Part shown: piece after piece, positions 1-10,901 of the stretch | Numbering within the stretch: position 1 is the first letter of the stretch | Layout of the letters: each line of letters starts with the position of its first letter | Source of the DNA: an uncultured virus (IMG/VR IMGVR_UViG_3300025655_005747) | Taxonomy: Duplodnaviria; Heunggongvirae; Uroviricota; Caudoviricetes | Reading direction: 5' to 3' (one strand) | Virus record (IMG/VR): IMGVR_UViG_3300025655_005747 | Length of the DNA: 20,000 nucleotides | The notes under the pieces: generated by a model | What the model was told of the DNA's origin: nothing | Databases searched by the model: none | The model's input: only the letters and a program-made list of their open reading frames with translations | Translations under genes and position numbers: made by a program

Positions 1-3000
1 AATTTTGTTCCATCTCCCATGTTGCGCGATATGATAATGTCTGAGGCTTATGAGCCTGGGACAATTGATTTTAACAGATTTGAAAGCAATAAATTTTTTA
101 CTGGTGTCTCTGAAGTAATTCCTTTGATATCTGTTCCGTTGTCTGATTATGAGACTGTTGCAGAACTAACGCCAGAAATGGATGCTGACGGCAACGCAGT
201 AATCCGAATAGCAAACATAAAAATCACAACATATCTAAAAGATTTTGAGAGTCAAGAAAACATGAATGTGTTTTGTGCTGTTAGCTCAAGACATCCTTAT
301 GAAATAAAAACGCCAACATCTTTTTCGCTGGATCCAATTACAATTTCAATGAACTACAGTGATATTAGTTATGAAACAATAGTCAAAGACGGTAAAATAT
401 CAATAATTGAAGAGCCAACATATGTTGATAGCAACGGTATACAATACCCGAACAAGCCTATGGCGGCAATAAATGGTAAATACTATAAAACAGATGATTT
501 TGGAAAGAAACAAATAGCAAACTCGGTGCTTGCTTTGATAGGCGAATATAAAACCAGAGCAATGGTAGATGAGGAATTGCAAACTATTTCAGATGAGTTA
601 CAAACAATTGTGGTTGCACAACAAAATAGAATAGACTTCTTACAGAGTCTTAACAAGGCAGCCCAAGGATTTACAGCAACCAACCCAGTTTCGCAGGCAA
701 TAAGATTTACAGAAAGACTGCGAATACTGATAAACAACGCAGACGCCGTACTGCGCTCTCAAGAAGAAGTTGTAAGAAGAGTTTTTCGTAATTATAAGAT
801 CGTAGATTCTCGAACAGTTATAGTATCAGAAACATCAGCGCCATCATTTAACGATAGTCTTACTGATAGAGATTTTTTGTATCAAGAAGTTTTTAACACG
901 AATATAGCAAATTACGTACCAATGGTCACTGCTGGTTCTGATTACCCCGGAAAAGCAGAGTTACCGGTGTCTCCATCGGAAATGGTTGGAGAATACAAAG
1001 AAGACATAACTCTCATTCGAGAGCAACTGCAAAATATATTAGTCCCTTTCTCAACTGAGGGTTCTGCAACCGCACCTTTATTAGATAGGATTAACGACGC
1101 AATCGAAGACACTGCACGTTGGTGTTTTGATGGTTGGGCTGGTAAGTTTATTAAAGGTAGTACCCATGAAGCATATCAAAATGCTGATGGTCATGCTGGT
1201 GTTCATTACTATATTACTCCGAATCTTTTTGGCGACGATCCACTGGTGGAATCTAGTCGATGGTACTGGAACTGGAGTTACAGCAAAGACGAATACACCA
1301 TCACAGAAAAGACTAGATACGGCGAGAAATTTTATTACATTGAGTGGTCAAAATTAAAAGATGGGATGGCTCCTCATGATAATGAGGTGCAACGTTGGAA
1401 AAATTTAGTTGAAGGCACCGTTGGGCGAAGTGGAGAATTACCTAAATTTCCATGGAGAAAAACGAACGGGATTTGGTCTGGAATTTCAAAAGACAACCCA
1501 GATAACGATAGTATTGAAGGACGCAGCCCGGAGACAATAACAAATAGATTCGGATACATCCCCTCTCCGGATTCAAGCAGACCAGATAACTCGCCCCCCA
1601 ATAATGGACCGTCTTACCAAATTTCTTGGACATCCGCCAAACTACCAGATAAGTATAGCAAACCTGCTTTCTCAAGGGGTGAAGCAGAATCTGATGTTTG
1701 GGAAAAAAGAACATGGTATTGGTTTGATCCGTTCTTTTGGACTACGGTTTCTCAAGAAGAGATTAACGGACTATATTCTTTAGCACAACAAGAAGAGCAA
1801 ATCGAATTTTTTGTACCAAATAAGGTAGGAGTCTTAACAGAATATGGGGACTTCGAATGGGAACGAGATGGCGAATTTGCTTGGGATCCCGATGGCGAAC
1901 ATGCTGATATGTATATGTCGGTGAAGTATGATAAAGTTGGATCAGTCAAGGTGCTTCACTCCAACACTCTTTCTGATCCTTACGACGATAGTTCTCCAAG
2001 TGGTTTAAGAGGACTCAGCACACTTGATGTTACTAGTCAGCAATTAATATGGTGGCGGTGCGCACGCAGGAAGTATAATTCAATCTACAACAAAGTAAAA
2101 GAAATATTCTACAGCTTCTACGGCATCGATCCAGAAACATTAGAGTTTGTCGGAGGCACAGGGGCTATCTCTGGAAGACCCGCCGGAGAAGACACCAACC
2201 CAGAAACAGATTTGGATAGATATATTTCCGAGGGTCCATATCGAATAGTAGAAAAAGTACTGCAAGACATTTTAGAAAAAATTGATAGTAGACCTGCCGA
2301 TGACTTTGATACAGAAGCAGAGCGACGAGTTGCTGCTTCTTTGTATATTAATGAACTTGGCGAAAAAATATTAGATGAAGCGGAAGCGTATTATACTACT
2401 AAAGGCTGTAAAATATATGCTTGCACCGCACGCCCAGCACGTCATTCTGTAACACCATTTGGAGAACCGACACCGGGAGTATACGGTAATCGCTTTCCAG
2501 ATGTCGGGATGAAAACTTTGGAGCGTTCTGGGAACTTGCACGGCAGCATTGCTTATGGGGTGTGGGGTCCTTTAACTCTTTCAAGTGGTGCCTCGGCAGA
2601 ATATTCAGAAGGAAATGTATATTACAAAAACTTTGGACAAGATCTAATAAATCTGCTTGTAGAAAACTTCAACCAAAACAGAGACGAAATACAACAACTG
2701 ATATCAAATTACATTAGTCGCCGCGCACTGTTTAGCGGTTTCAAAAGCGATACTGGTATCCACTCAGCATTGGCGGAAATTGATATCGTGGTCAGTAAGT
2801 ATGGCTATTTCTTCTTCGATATGGAGAAATACATAAGAAACAATTCGCATTTAGCAAAAGTAATAAATGTGGACAGATTTATGGATAATTTTGCGTCTGC
2901 TAGGTTTATGACGAATGCAGCATGCAACCTTGTAGAGGCTAGTGTAGAATTGGACAACTTTGGTATTGATCCGTTAACTGGTACTTCGACGACCACAAAA

Positions 3001-4221
3001 GCCGCAAAACTCACGCTTCTTAAAAACGAAAGCGATATGTTAACCAAATCACAGCCATACAATTTTGAAAACATGACTTTCGAATCTCCGATTGAGCCAG
3101 TAACAGAGCGACCACTCGTCTACAGAAAAATAAATGCTTTGCAAGGAATTTCTTTCGAACAAATAACAGAGTTTACAAATGATCGCCCTATTGTTGATTC
3201 TGAGTCCGCACTCGCTGCCTCCGCAACAGCCACCACCGACCCGCTCTCTGGTGGATCCAGTGGGGCTCCTGGTACCATAGGATATATATCTGTAGGTGGA
3301 GGTGGAGAAACAAGCACCACGGACGTACCCGATGCTACGCTGGGAGAATCTTTAGCAGAAGCGCGTGAGCGCCTTATGTCTTATGAAATGCAGATTGCAA
3401 GACAAGAAGTGGATATAGAAGATTTAACAGCACCAGCTAGTCAATACGCCCCCAAGCAAATACATTCTAATTTGGTAATGAGAAATTATGCTTTTCCTGG
3501 GTATAGCAATCTTTCATTAAAAGCCGGCAAAACTTGGCGCCGAGATTATCGTATGATGATGTTTAGATATCAGTTTTTTGTAGACGATGATGATGTGTTT
3601 AGATTTTCCGGAGATCCCGAACTAGATGATGGAAATGTTTCTTATGATAATGTGGCTTTTGAAATACGAATAAACGATAGATCAGAGCAAACATATTATG
3701 AAATAGTTGAACAATTTAGAGTCGCTTTGGAGTATTTTAATGACGAATACGTTGAATATGCAGAGGAAGCCTGTGCATTTAATTCTTTTGATCAATCGTT
3801 TAACAATTTTTTCATAAACCAAATGACTGATAAATACCCGACACCACCCAATACACCATGGCACAAGATGGTTGCGTACTATATCATATATCGCAACATG
3901 CTGTCCGATGAATTTGATGGAAGCACTTTATTGATGTTTGAGGCTGGCGACCGCATTTTAGAAAAGATTAGACCTGAAACCGGCAACTTAGAATCGCTTA
4001 GAAACTTTTATGATACCTGTCTTGCAACTTTAGCAACACTCGAAGCAGGCGAAGAGTTTTTGGGAAGCGAGGAATTGGAACAAGAGTTTGTTTTTAGATA
4101 TGAAGATGTTATTGGAGCCCCGATTATCGATCACATCGGAGATTACTCAGACCGACTTGAAGATCCTCGTATTTCAGAGTTTGGTGGTGACGAAGATCTG
4201 TATGACTACGAAGACTTTTAA
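1..4221 (+). CDS. Very large acidic hypothetical protein, probably virion structural; likely 5'-truncated by the window edge
   Basis: The 1400-aa ORF from ATG19 is open in frame back to base 1 (AAT TTT GTT CCA TCT CCC ATG), and there is no SD before ATG19. Asp/Glu-rich, with a Trp-rich central segment. The structural role is inferred from context only. Confidence 0.8.
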   Translation, partial: NFVPSPMLRDMIMSEAYEPGTIDFNRFESNKFFTGVSEVIPLISVPLSDYETVAELTPEMDADGNAVIRIANIKITTYLKDFESQENMNVFCAVSSRHPYEIKTPTSFSLDPITISMNYSDISYETIVKDGKISIIEEPTYVDSNGIQYPNKPMAAINGKYYKTDDFGKKQIANSVLALIGEYKTRAMVDEELQTISDELQTIVVAQQNRIDFLQSLNKAAQGFTATNPVSQAIRFTERLRILINNADAVLRSQEEVVRRVFRNYKIVDSRTVIVSETSAPSFNDSLTDRDFLYQEVFNTNIANYVPMVTAGSDYPGKAELPVSPSEMVGEYKEDITLIREQLQNILVPFSTEGSATAPLLDRINDAIEDTARWCFDGWAGKFIKGSTHEAYQNADGHAGVHYYITPNLFGDDPLVESSRWYWNWSYSKDEYTITEKTRYGEKFYYIEWSKLKDGMAPHDNEVQRWKNLVEGTVGRSGELPKFPWRKTNGIWSGISKDNPDNDSIEGRSPETITNRFGYIPSPDSSRPDNSPPNNGPSYQISWTSAKLPDKYSKPAFSRGEAESDVWEKRTWYWFDPFFWTTVSQEEINGLYSLAQQEEQIEFFVPNKVGVLTEYGDFEWERDGEFAWDPDGEHADMYMSVKYDKVGSVKVLHSNTLSDPYDDSSPSGLRGLSTLDVTSQQLIWWRCARRKYNSIYNKVKEIFYSFYGIDPETLEFVGGTGAISGRPAGEDTNPETDLDRYISEGPYRIVEKVLQDILEKIDSRPADDFDTEAERRVAASLYINELGEKILDEAEAYYTTKGCKIYACTARPARHSVTPFGEPTPGVYGNRFPDVGMKTLERSGNLHGSIAYGVWGPLTLSSGASAEYSEGNVYYKNFGQDLINLLVENFNQNRDEIQQLISNYISRRALFSGFKSDTGIHSALAEIDIVVSKYGYFFFDMEKYIRNNSHLAKVINVDRFMDNFASARFMTNAACNLVEASVELDNFGIDPLTGTSTTTKAAKLTLLKNESDMLTKSQPYNFENMTFESPIEPVTERPLVYRKINALQGISFEQITEFTNDRPIVDSESALAASATATTDPLSGGSSGAPGTIGYISVGGGGETSTTDVPDATLGESLAEARERLMSYEMQIARQEVDIEDLTAPASQYAPKQIHSNLVMRNYAFPGYSNLSLKAGKTWRRDYRMMMFRYQFFVDDDDVFRFSGDPELDDGNVSYDNVAFEIRINDRSEQTYYEIVEQFRVALEYFNDEYVEYAEEACAFNSFDQSFNNFFINQMTDKYPTPPNTPWHKMVAYYIIYRNMLSDEFDGSTLLMFEAGDRILEKIRPETGNLESLRNFYDTCLATLATLEAGEEFLGSEELEQEFVFRYEDVIGAPIIDHIGDYSDRLEDPRISEFGGDEDLYDYEDF

Positions 4222-4246
4222 ACCGAATTGATATTTTATCATAAAC

Positions 4247-4255
4247 ACTAATTAT
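4247..4255 (+). promoter_or_regulatory. Candidate phage late-promoter motif ACTAATTAT
   Basis: Intergenic, 17 nt upstream of ATG4273 and just before the SD-like AGAGG. The same motif recurs at 8744, 13883 and 15394. Confidence 0.5.
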
Positions 4256-4272
4256 TCCAAAGAGGATACAGA

Positions 4273-4845
4273 ATGTTACTTAGGACATCCATAATAAAGC
4301 CAACAAAAGCTCCGATTAGTTCTAAAAGAAATAGAAAACAAATCTTTATAGACAAGATTGTTGATCCCGCAAAAGAACCTACGCTGTTCAATATTGAGTC
4401 AGCAAGGATGAGTGTTGAAGCTAAAACTGGTCCAATTCAAGATATTAAAGAATTAAGAAAACCAAAATCAATCAAAAGTAACAGAAGAGATGTAGTTGCA
4501 CGCGAAACACTCGCAAAACTCAACGTCACAGCCACTCAGCACACAGAGACGTTTTCTTTATTAGAAGACAATTCAGATAAAAACACAGTTCGCAATTATA
4601 GAATTATGGATGTTAAAGATTTTGAGAACACAATAAATTTACAAGTGGTTGCAAAAGATAAGTTCCCTCATAATAATGACCCGTTTTATCAGTTAGATGA
4701 GTCTATCCGCACACCGCGTGTTTATAAAACCGTAACGACTTCTGGTGGTGACTTCAAGAGAGAGCCAGACTTATCTTTTATTCTATCTAATTTAACAATT
4801 TTAAATCAAAAATCTACCTATCACGGTAAATCTAAGTACTTCTAA
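4273..4845 (+). CDS. Hypothetical protein (190 aa, Lys/Arg-rich N-terminal half)
   Basis: ORF preceded by AGAGGA and the candidate late motif; it fills the gap between larger genes. No recognisable motif. Confidence 0.75.
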   Translation: MLLRTSIIKPTKAPISSKRNRKQIFIDKIVDPAKEPTLFNIESARMSVEAKTGPIQDIKELRKPKSIKSNRRDVVARETLAKLNVTATQHTETFSLLEDNSDKNTVRNYRIMDVKDFENTINLQVVAKDKFPHNNDPFYQLDESIRTPRVYKTVTTSGGDFKREPDLSFILSNLTILNQKSTYHGKSKYF

Positions 4846-4861
4846 GGAGAATTGCTAAACA

Positions 4862-5842
4862 ATGCCCGCCGCACCAGTTGCCCCAGATCCTAAGCGCGCC
4901 AGCCCCACAGATGAGCTAGCAGCAGAATACCCAGAGAGACCAGAAACTATTGTTGGGCTAGATACTTCAATTGAACTTGAAGGGTTAGGTGAGAATATCA
5001 CGATCGGCAGTGATTCTATTGATGAGACAACGATTATTGAAACAGGATTGCAACAGATACTTCTTGGAGACATCATATCTTCAAATATGGATCCTACAAC
5101 AGGAGACACAATAAATACTGAATATGCGACCGAGTTCACGACTGTTGCGTATGCGACAGATACTCCGTCCGCTATCCCGGCGTGGTATAGTCAAATACAA
5201 CAAGATGTTATTTCAGAGTCGGGGTTCGGTGGAATAGTGTTAACCGCCATCTCAGTGAACAGCATGTATATAGATCAGGACAATGGTGAAAACGATCTTA
5301 AAACAGAAAACATAGTCCTTTATGGGCACGTTAATCACCCAGAAGACATGAGTGAACCAATAATAAGCGATGACGAATCTTCTGTTGGCTCCGAAGATGT
5401 GCAGACATACATATATCCTGATCCGTGGCTTTATGATGAGGCAGAAAGAGTATCGTTAAAGACAAAATTTGGTTTTGATGGAACCATTCCTCCAATGGCT
5501 AGTAATACCGAAAGAAATGTAGCTAGATACCATATACAACAAGAAATGTCCGAAATTGCAGGCTTGTTGGCGACAGGTTTCTCCGAAAGACAAGGCATAA
5601 GAAAAATAGCCCAAAGACCTGATTATGGAGATAATTACGAGTACATACCAGACTCGGAACAAATGGAAAGTACAAGCCTCGTCCAACAAATTGTAAAGAC
5701 AAGCACACCATCAACATCAGTCGGAACAGAGCCGGCTGAAATCTCTGCCGATCCAGAATTTGTCGATAGTGAATTTGAAGAAGAAATCAGACCAGCGCCC
5801 GGTGAGTCTGTGCCGGCACCGGGCACACCAGGAGCATACTAA
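4862..5842 (+). CDS. Highly acidic hypothetical protein (326 aa, Pro-rich termini), putative virion-associated
   Basis: AGGAG overlaps the upstream TAA, and its stop overlaps the next ATG (TAATG). Rich in E/D/S/T. Confidence 0.8.
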   Translation: MPAAPVAPDPKRASPTDELAAEYPERPETIVGLDTSIELEGLGENITIGSDSIDETTIIETGLQQILLGDIISSNMDPTTGDTINTEYATEFTTVAYATDTPSAIPAWYSQIQQDVISESGFGGIVLTAISVNSMYIDQDNGENDLKTENIVLYGHVNHPEDMSEPIISDDESSVGSEDVQTYIYPDPWLYDEAERVSLKTKFGFDGTIPPMASNTERNVARYHIQQEMSEIAGLLATGFSERQGIRKIAQRPDYGDNYEYIPDSEQMESTSLVQQIVKTSTPSTSVGTEPAEISADPEFVDSEFEEEIRPAPGESVPAPGTPGAY

Positions 5843-8733
5843 TGTCAGAATCATCAGATCCTAGAAAACAATATTGCTCCCTTGTCGATTTAAACACTGT
5901 CTCAGGCTCAAGCGAGAGAATAAGAAACACTCTCGGAGGATATTTTTATACAGATACAGATTCCCACGGGCTACTGAATGTTCCTCCGTCATTTGAAAAA
6001 ATGAATCCAATTAATAATATCCACCCAAGCATTCTTTTAGTAGAATCTATATTTGGCGATATTGTACAAAGCCCGGAATCAGAAAGAGGATTTGGGGAAG
6101 GATATTCAGATTTTCGTAAAACACAAATACCATATACCACTTTTATATGCAGAATTGAGGGTGACCCAACATATGGAGATTTGAAAAACGTTTTAAAAGG
6201 TAACAAATACTGGAAGTCGTTGTTTGTCGGCGGAACTTATGGGGGACAGTATATTTCTGCAATGTTCAACACAGGGACGTATGATAACAACTATACTGTA
6301 ATTAACCTTCCATACAATAACAAAAACAAAATACATCTAAAGAATTCGGAAGAGTTATATGATTTTGTTGGCGCAACTTATGACTACAATAGGTATTATG
6401 CAAATTACCAGAGTTTTGCCGCGTTAATAGATAGCGAAAGAAAACTACCAAATTGGTATGTTCTTGCAAATACCTCTCTTGCCGGCGGCGTGCCTTCGAC
6501 TTTTGGAGGGGAAATTAACGAAGATTTCTCAAGAACGCTTGTGCAAAATCACAATTTAGATTACTATACTTTCAACAAAAAGATAGGATTAATAGAACTT
6601 TATAGTCGCATGGCTACCATCCCAGCACTGTCTGAGGAACCAAGAATACCGGATCCGTGGACTGAGCAGATGGTGTCGTCTTCGTATTATATTAATTCTA
6701 TGTTTCCAGCAAATTATAATATGATACCTGCTGCTGTTCGAAACGAACAAGATATGAGAAACATGAACATTATTTTTCCTGCAAACGAAACCCGCACCTT
6801 CTTGGACCCCAGTTCAGACTACGCACAAACCTCTCATGCATTTCCATACTTTAATAAAATTACAGTGAGCACTGATCTAACAGAAACTTCTAATATGTTC
6901 AAACAAAAGATATTGGATAATAAAAGCGATACAATCTTTATGAAGATTTTAAAGAAGGCTTTTCTTGAGCAAACCGATAACGGTGTCCCAGTCAAAATGA
7001 CGCAGTTTATGAAAACTTCAAAATATAAAGCACCATCTAATAATACAATGATGGATAGCGAAGTTACATCAAACACAGCCGTAGCATACCGTACAGTGGA
7101 TATGATTAAGATGCTCATGTACGGATATGAAAATGTGCTGGATGAATCCAATGACTTTCAGATAATGGGTCTTAATGAGACAGATTTGCTCGCCGCGGTA
7201 GATACTCGCGGTATATATCGATCGGTCAATAGTAAAAAGTTATCAAGTTTAATTGTGGATATCTATAAGACATTTGGTGATGATGATTCTGCAACAAAAA
7301 TCGATAACATCACTTCACTTCTAAACTGTCAGTATGAAAATGTTTCTCGCGATCCAGATTCGATTGAAACACTGAGACCGGTCCCAGCTACAACTGAAGT
7401 AGTGGCTTATAGAGTAGAAAAACTAAATAGAACTCCGGGCGGCGATTCTGAAACAACTGGCGTAATACAAAATTTCTGGATGTTTCCAAATGCTTCGCAA
7501 GAAGAAATAATGCTTCTTGATAGCCAAGTGAAATACGATACCAACTATGAATATAAAATATACGCCTACTACGCCGTGAAGGGCTACAAATACAGGTACT
7601 CAGATTTGCAATTGACTAGAATTATAGGACAAGTTAGTGCAGATGGTTATGCTGGTCCTGCTGCCTTTGGTTCCGGAGAAGATGGCGCCCCAGTTGAGCC
7701 TCCCCTTGGGTACTGTTTAGAATATTACGATCCGTTTACAGACAATGCTATCCCTGATTATTTGATACCAGATGCTGCTACCTACAATATATCTACCGAG
7801 GTTGCCGAAAGAATTTCAAGTCTTTCTGGGGAAGCTCAAAGAATCGGCTTATCTTCTTTTGAGGGCGAGTCGGGAGAAACCTACCCCCCATACGTAGCCC
7901 AGTTTAACGTCACTTTGCAGCCATCAATAAACATAATCGAAGTACCACTGCTGAGCAAAATTTATAGAATATTAGATAATCCACCAAATAAATTAGATGT
8001 TGTACCGGCTTACACTTTAAACAACGACAACACAATAACTTTTGAGATTAATTATGAGACATTCAGTCCATATAAGTATCCCAGAGCAATTAGTGAAAAT
8101 GATAAGATGGTGAAATCAGAATATATAAATGGGAACGATATTTCTAACACAACTCATATTCAAAAAGAAACAGTATCGTATCCAAGTGAAGTTGAAATTT
8201 ACAGATTAGATACAAAGCCAAAATCATTTGAAGATTTTGCAGCTTCTACACCAAGAAGAGTATCTTTAAAAATAGAGGGAAGTGATTTCGCTTATACAAC
8301 AGCTAATTTTAGTGATATTATTAAATCAAACCATAAGTATTACTACTTGTTTAGGGTTCTTAACGATAACCGAGTACCGGGAAATGTTAATACAATAGTT
8401 GAAGCAGAATTGGTAAATGATGGTGGATACAAGTATTCATTGTTTGATGTGCTTTTTGAGGAAGATCTGATAGAAGAAGAATTTACTTTTCCATCAACAT
8501 CGTTCAAGAATATTTTCCAATTGGTGCCCAACATGTCCCAAGTCACGATAAACACAGACGAAGTGAATTTCCAAGACACAGCTAAAAATCAATACGAGAA
8601 TATTAAAGTTGGAGTTGCGGAAGATTTAATATGGGGTAAGACTTTTAAGATTCGTTTAACATCAAAGAAAACAGGCAAAAAAATTGATTTAAACATTACT
8701 TATAGTGACCCTGATATAAATTTAGAAGAATAA
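5842..8733 (+). CDS. Large putative virion structural protein (963 aa) with two fibronectin-III-like beta-sandwich segments
   Basis: Long ORF coupled to the upstream gene. Two FN3-like patterns: 'VVAYRVEK...LLDSQVKYDTNYEYKIYAY' and 'VEIYRLD...FSDIIKSNHKYYYLFRVLN'. The fold call is a pattern-based inference. Confidence 0.75.
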   Translation: MSESSDPRKQYCSLVDLNTVSGSSERIRNTLGGYFYTDTDSHGLLNVPPSFEKMNPINNIHPSILLVESIFGDIVQSPESERGFGEGYSDFRKTQIPYTTFICRIEGDPTYGDLKNVLKGNKYWKSLFVGGTYGGQYISAMFNTGTYDNNYTVINLPYNNKNKIHLKNSEELYDFVGATYDYNRYYANYQSFAALIDSERKLPNWYVLANTSLAGGVPSTFGGEINEDFSRTLVQNHNLDYYTFNKKIGLIELYSRMATIPALSEEPRIPDPWTEQMVSSSYYINSMFPANYNMIPAAVRNEQDMRNMNIIFPANETRTFLDPSSDYAQTSHAFPYFNKITVSTDLTETSNMFKQKILDNKSDTIFMKILKKAFLEQTDNGVPVKMTQFMKTSKYKAPSNNTMMDSEVTSNTAVAYRTVDMIKMLMYGYENVLDESNDFQIMGLNETDLLAAVDTRGIYRSVNSKKLSSLIVDIYKTFGDDDSATKIDNITSLLNCQYENVSRDPDSIETLRPVPATTEVVAYRVEKLNRTPGGDSETTGVIQNFWMFPNASQEEIMLLDSQVKYDTNYEYKIYAYYAVKGYKYRYSDLQLTRIIGQVSADGYAGPAAFGSGEDGAPVEPPLGYCLEYYDPFTDNAIPDYLIPDAATYNISTEVAERISSLSGEAQRIGLSSFEGESGETYPPYVAQFNVTLQPSINIIEVPLLSKIYRILDNPPNKLDVVPAYTLNNDNTITFEINYETFSPYKYPRAISENDKMVKSEYINGNDISNTTHIQKETVSYPSEVEIYRLDTKPKSFEDFAASTPRRVSLKIEGSDFAYTTANFSDIIKSNHKYYYLFRVLNDNRVPGNVNTIVEAELVNDGGYKYSLFDVLFEEDLIEEEFTFPSTSFKNIFQLVPNMSQVTINTDEVNFQDTAKNQYENIKVGVAEDLIWGKTFKIRLTSKKTGKKIDLNITYSDPDINLEE

Positions 8734-8743
8734 AAAAACCAAT

Positions 8744-8752
8744 ACTATTTAT
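8744..8752 (+). promoter_or_regulatory. Candidate phage late-promoter motif ACTATTTAT
   Basis: Intergenic, 16 nt upstream of ATG8769 and followed by SD GAGAGG; it heads the structural three-gene cluster. Confidence 0.55.
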
Positions 8753-8768
8753 TGAGAGAGGAAATTAA

Positions 8769-9794
8769 ATGGCATTTTTAGATAACTCTGGCGACATTAT
8801 ATTAGACGCCGTACTCACAGATGTGGGTAGAAAGAGAATGGCTGCTGGTAACTTCAGAATCACCAAGTTTACTCTCGGTGATGATGAGATTGACTACAGT
8901 CTGTATAACAAAGATCATCCATCTGGTTCCGCTTACTACGATCTGGAGATTTTGCAAACACCGGTCCTTGAAGCGTTTACCCAGCAAAATGCTGCAATTA
9001 ATTATGGTCTTGTGTCTTATGCTAGACAAGACTTACTGTACATTCCCTCTGCTACAATTAACGAAAAAACCTTCAACCCAAGAATCGCATCTCGTTCTAC
9101 AAGCAAGAACGTCTTCTTCTTGGCTGATAACACAAAAACAAACGCTTCCGGCGTACCAACAAGCAAAGTTATGACCGCTACAGACAGCGTTCCCGAAGCA
9201 AACATTTTGATTAGTTCGGACACTGCTGGTAGGTTTATTATGATTGAGACTGGAATTGATAGCACAGATCTTGCTGCCTCTTCAACAAACCAAGCAACAT
9301 ACATTACCTCTGTTGGTTTAATGGATAGTGGTTTCATGGTTAGGTTTGATAATAGATTTATTCAAACTGTCTTGGGAGCAAACTCAGGCGGACAGTTTTC
9401 AAATGGTACTCAGCAAGGAGCAACCCTTCAGGTCTCACTTGGTGGCTCTGGAAACACAAGAAGATCTCCTTCACTGAAAAACTACAACGAAGCGACTATT
9501 GGAGCCGCAGTAAACAGAGTGTACTCTAACGTCGGCACAACCGGCACCACTGTAGATTCCAGTACTCAGTATTCAGCAGTTACAGGTCCACGCGGCGCCT
9601 TCACTGCACTAAACTTTTTGATTAGAGGCGATATTACCCAAACGGACTATGTTAAGTTTGGTACAACTTCTAACGACCTTTTCGGCAGCGGACAATTGTA
9701 TGACTTTATTGATACTACTGTCTATGTACAAGGACTTGCAAGTAACGCCAATATCCAGTTGCCTATCAGAATTATCAAATTGGCTCAGACATAA
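8769..9794 (+). CDS. Putative baseplate/tail-collar structural protein (341 aa)
   Basis: The N-terminus 'DAVLTDVGRKRMAAGNFRITKFTLGDDE' resembles the LTxxG...ITxxxxGD start of tail-collar fibre (DUF3751-like) domains. S/T/G/N-rich, with SD GAGAGG. Confidence 0.7.
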   Translation: MAFLDNSGDIILDAVLTDVGRKRMAAGNFRITKFTLGDDEIDYSLYNKDHPSGSAYYDLEILQTPVLEAFTQQNAAINYGLVSYARQDLLYIPSATINEKTFNPRIASRSTSKNVFFLADNTKTNASGVPTSKVMTATDSVPEANILISSDTAGRFIMIETGIDSTDLAASSTNQATYITSVGLMDSGFMVRFDNRFIQTVLGANSGGQFSNGTQQGATLQVSLGGSGNTRRSPSLKNYNEATIGAAVNRVYSNVGTTGTTVDSSTQYSAVTGPRGAFTALNFLIRGDITQTDYVKFGTTSNDLFGSGQLYDFIDTTVYVQGLASNANIQLPIRIIKLAQT

Positions 9795-9807
9795 ACGGAG
9801 AAAATGA

Positions 9808-10899
9808 ATGCCTGTTTCTTATGAACCCTTAAACGTAAACACAGATGTAACAACAACTAAGACGATCCTTCATGAGGTCATCCCCTTAACAGGTACAATC
9901 ATCAACAGTGGTACGTATAACAACGAAAACATCAAAAACTATACACACGGCATGTTCCAGTCTGTATATGACTATCCATATTTAAGTTCTTCTGCAAACC
10001 ATATCTTTGATATCACATGTGGATACGACGAAAGTTCAGCACTTTCGGCATCTACAAACGTGCAGAACAGCAAGAAAATTAATATGTACAACCAGTTCTC
10101 TCAAGTTCTGCTTGGCTACACTGGTTCTGCTAACACGGTTAGATTGTTTGAGAATGACCTGAAGTTGGATCAAACAGGTTCGATGAAAAACGTCATGGTA
10201 GTTTCATTCTCGCGTTTGATTACCAAAGACCAAATCAAGAAAGGCACCTTCTCACTTCAATTAGGTACCGGTCCCTGGGGCGACAGGCACTCTGAGACAG
10301 TCACTCTCCAAGATATCAGTGCATCAACAAACGGCGACGGCACCACAAACACAATCGGTGGCGACTACGGTGTTCTTTATGCGACTTCCGGACTTGCTAC
10401 TGGTTCTGTTCACGGTAACGCTCATGGTGTTATTTTCTATCAAGCAGGTATTGCAGTTATCTCTTCGTCAGTTTTTGATATGTCGGCATCTACTGGCTAC
10501 GGTCAGTTCGCTTCTGGGGCTGCGACCGCATTTACGTCTTCTCTTGGTCCTGCTCTTGGTTGCTCCGCTTCGATCGCTACCGGTTCTATCTCAAGTTCCG
10601 CTGATGCACTGAGAGAAAGAGTTACAAACCTTACGTTCAACAACTCGACAGAGATAAATTCAACGATCTATTTCTGTAGACTTCCAGTCAACAAGTTCAA
10701 CTACAGCGCAAACCCAACATATCTTTCCGCTAGTAAACTTAGAGTCAAGAATGAGGCAGGAGACTTACCTGTATCATATGTGACTACTGTTGGTCTCTAC
10801 AACGCACGTAACGAACTTCTGGCGGTTGCTAAGTTGTCTGAGCCGCTCAAGAAGACCCCACAAAACGAGTTGACGATCAGAGTAAGATTGGATTACTAA
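9808..10899 (+). CDS. Putative baseplate/tail structural protein (363 aa), paralog of 10902..12230
   Basis: SD GGAG. C-terminal 'FNYSANPTY...YVTTVGLYNARNELLAVAKLSEPLKK...IRVRLDY' resembles the IxEIGLYxxxGxLIAVA end of DUF3751-like domains. Confidence 0.7.
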   Translation: MPVSYEPLNVNTDVTTTKTILHEVIPLTGTIINSGTYNNENIKNYTHGMFQSVYDYPYLSSSANHIFDITCGYDESSALSASTNVQNSKKINMYNQFSQVLLGYTGSANTVRLFENDLKLDQTGSMKNVMVVSFSRLITKDQIKKGTFSLQLGTGPWGDRHSETVTLQDISASTNGDGTTNTIGGDYGVLYATSGLATGSVHGNAHGVIFYQAGIAVISSSVFDMSASTGYGQFASGAATAFTSSLGPALGCSASIATGSISSSADALRERVTNLTFNNSTEINSTIYFCRLPVNKFNYSANPTYLSASKLRVKNEAGDLPVSYVTTVGLYNARNELLAVAKLSEPLKKTPQNELTIRVRLDY

Positions 10900-10901
10900 A
10901 A

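Noticed and set aside
571..609. Short peptide repeat EELQTI-SDELQTI in the first ORF
   Set aside because: Only two degenerate copies, compatible with ordinary helical periodicity.
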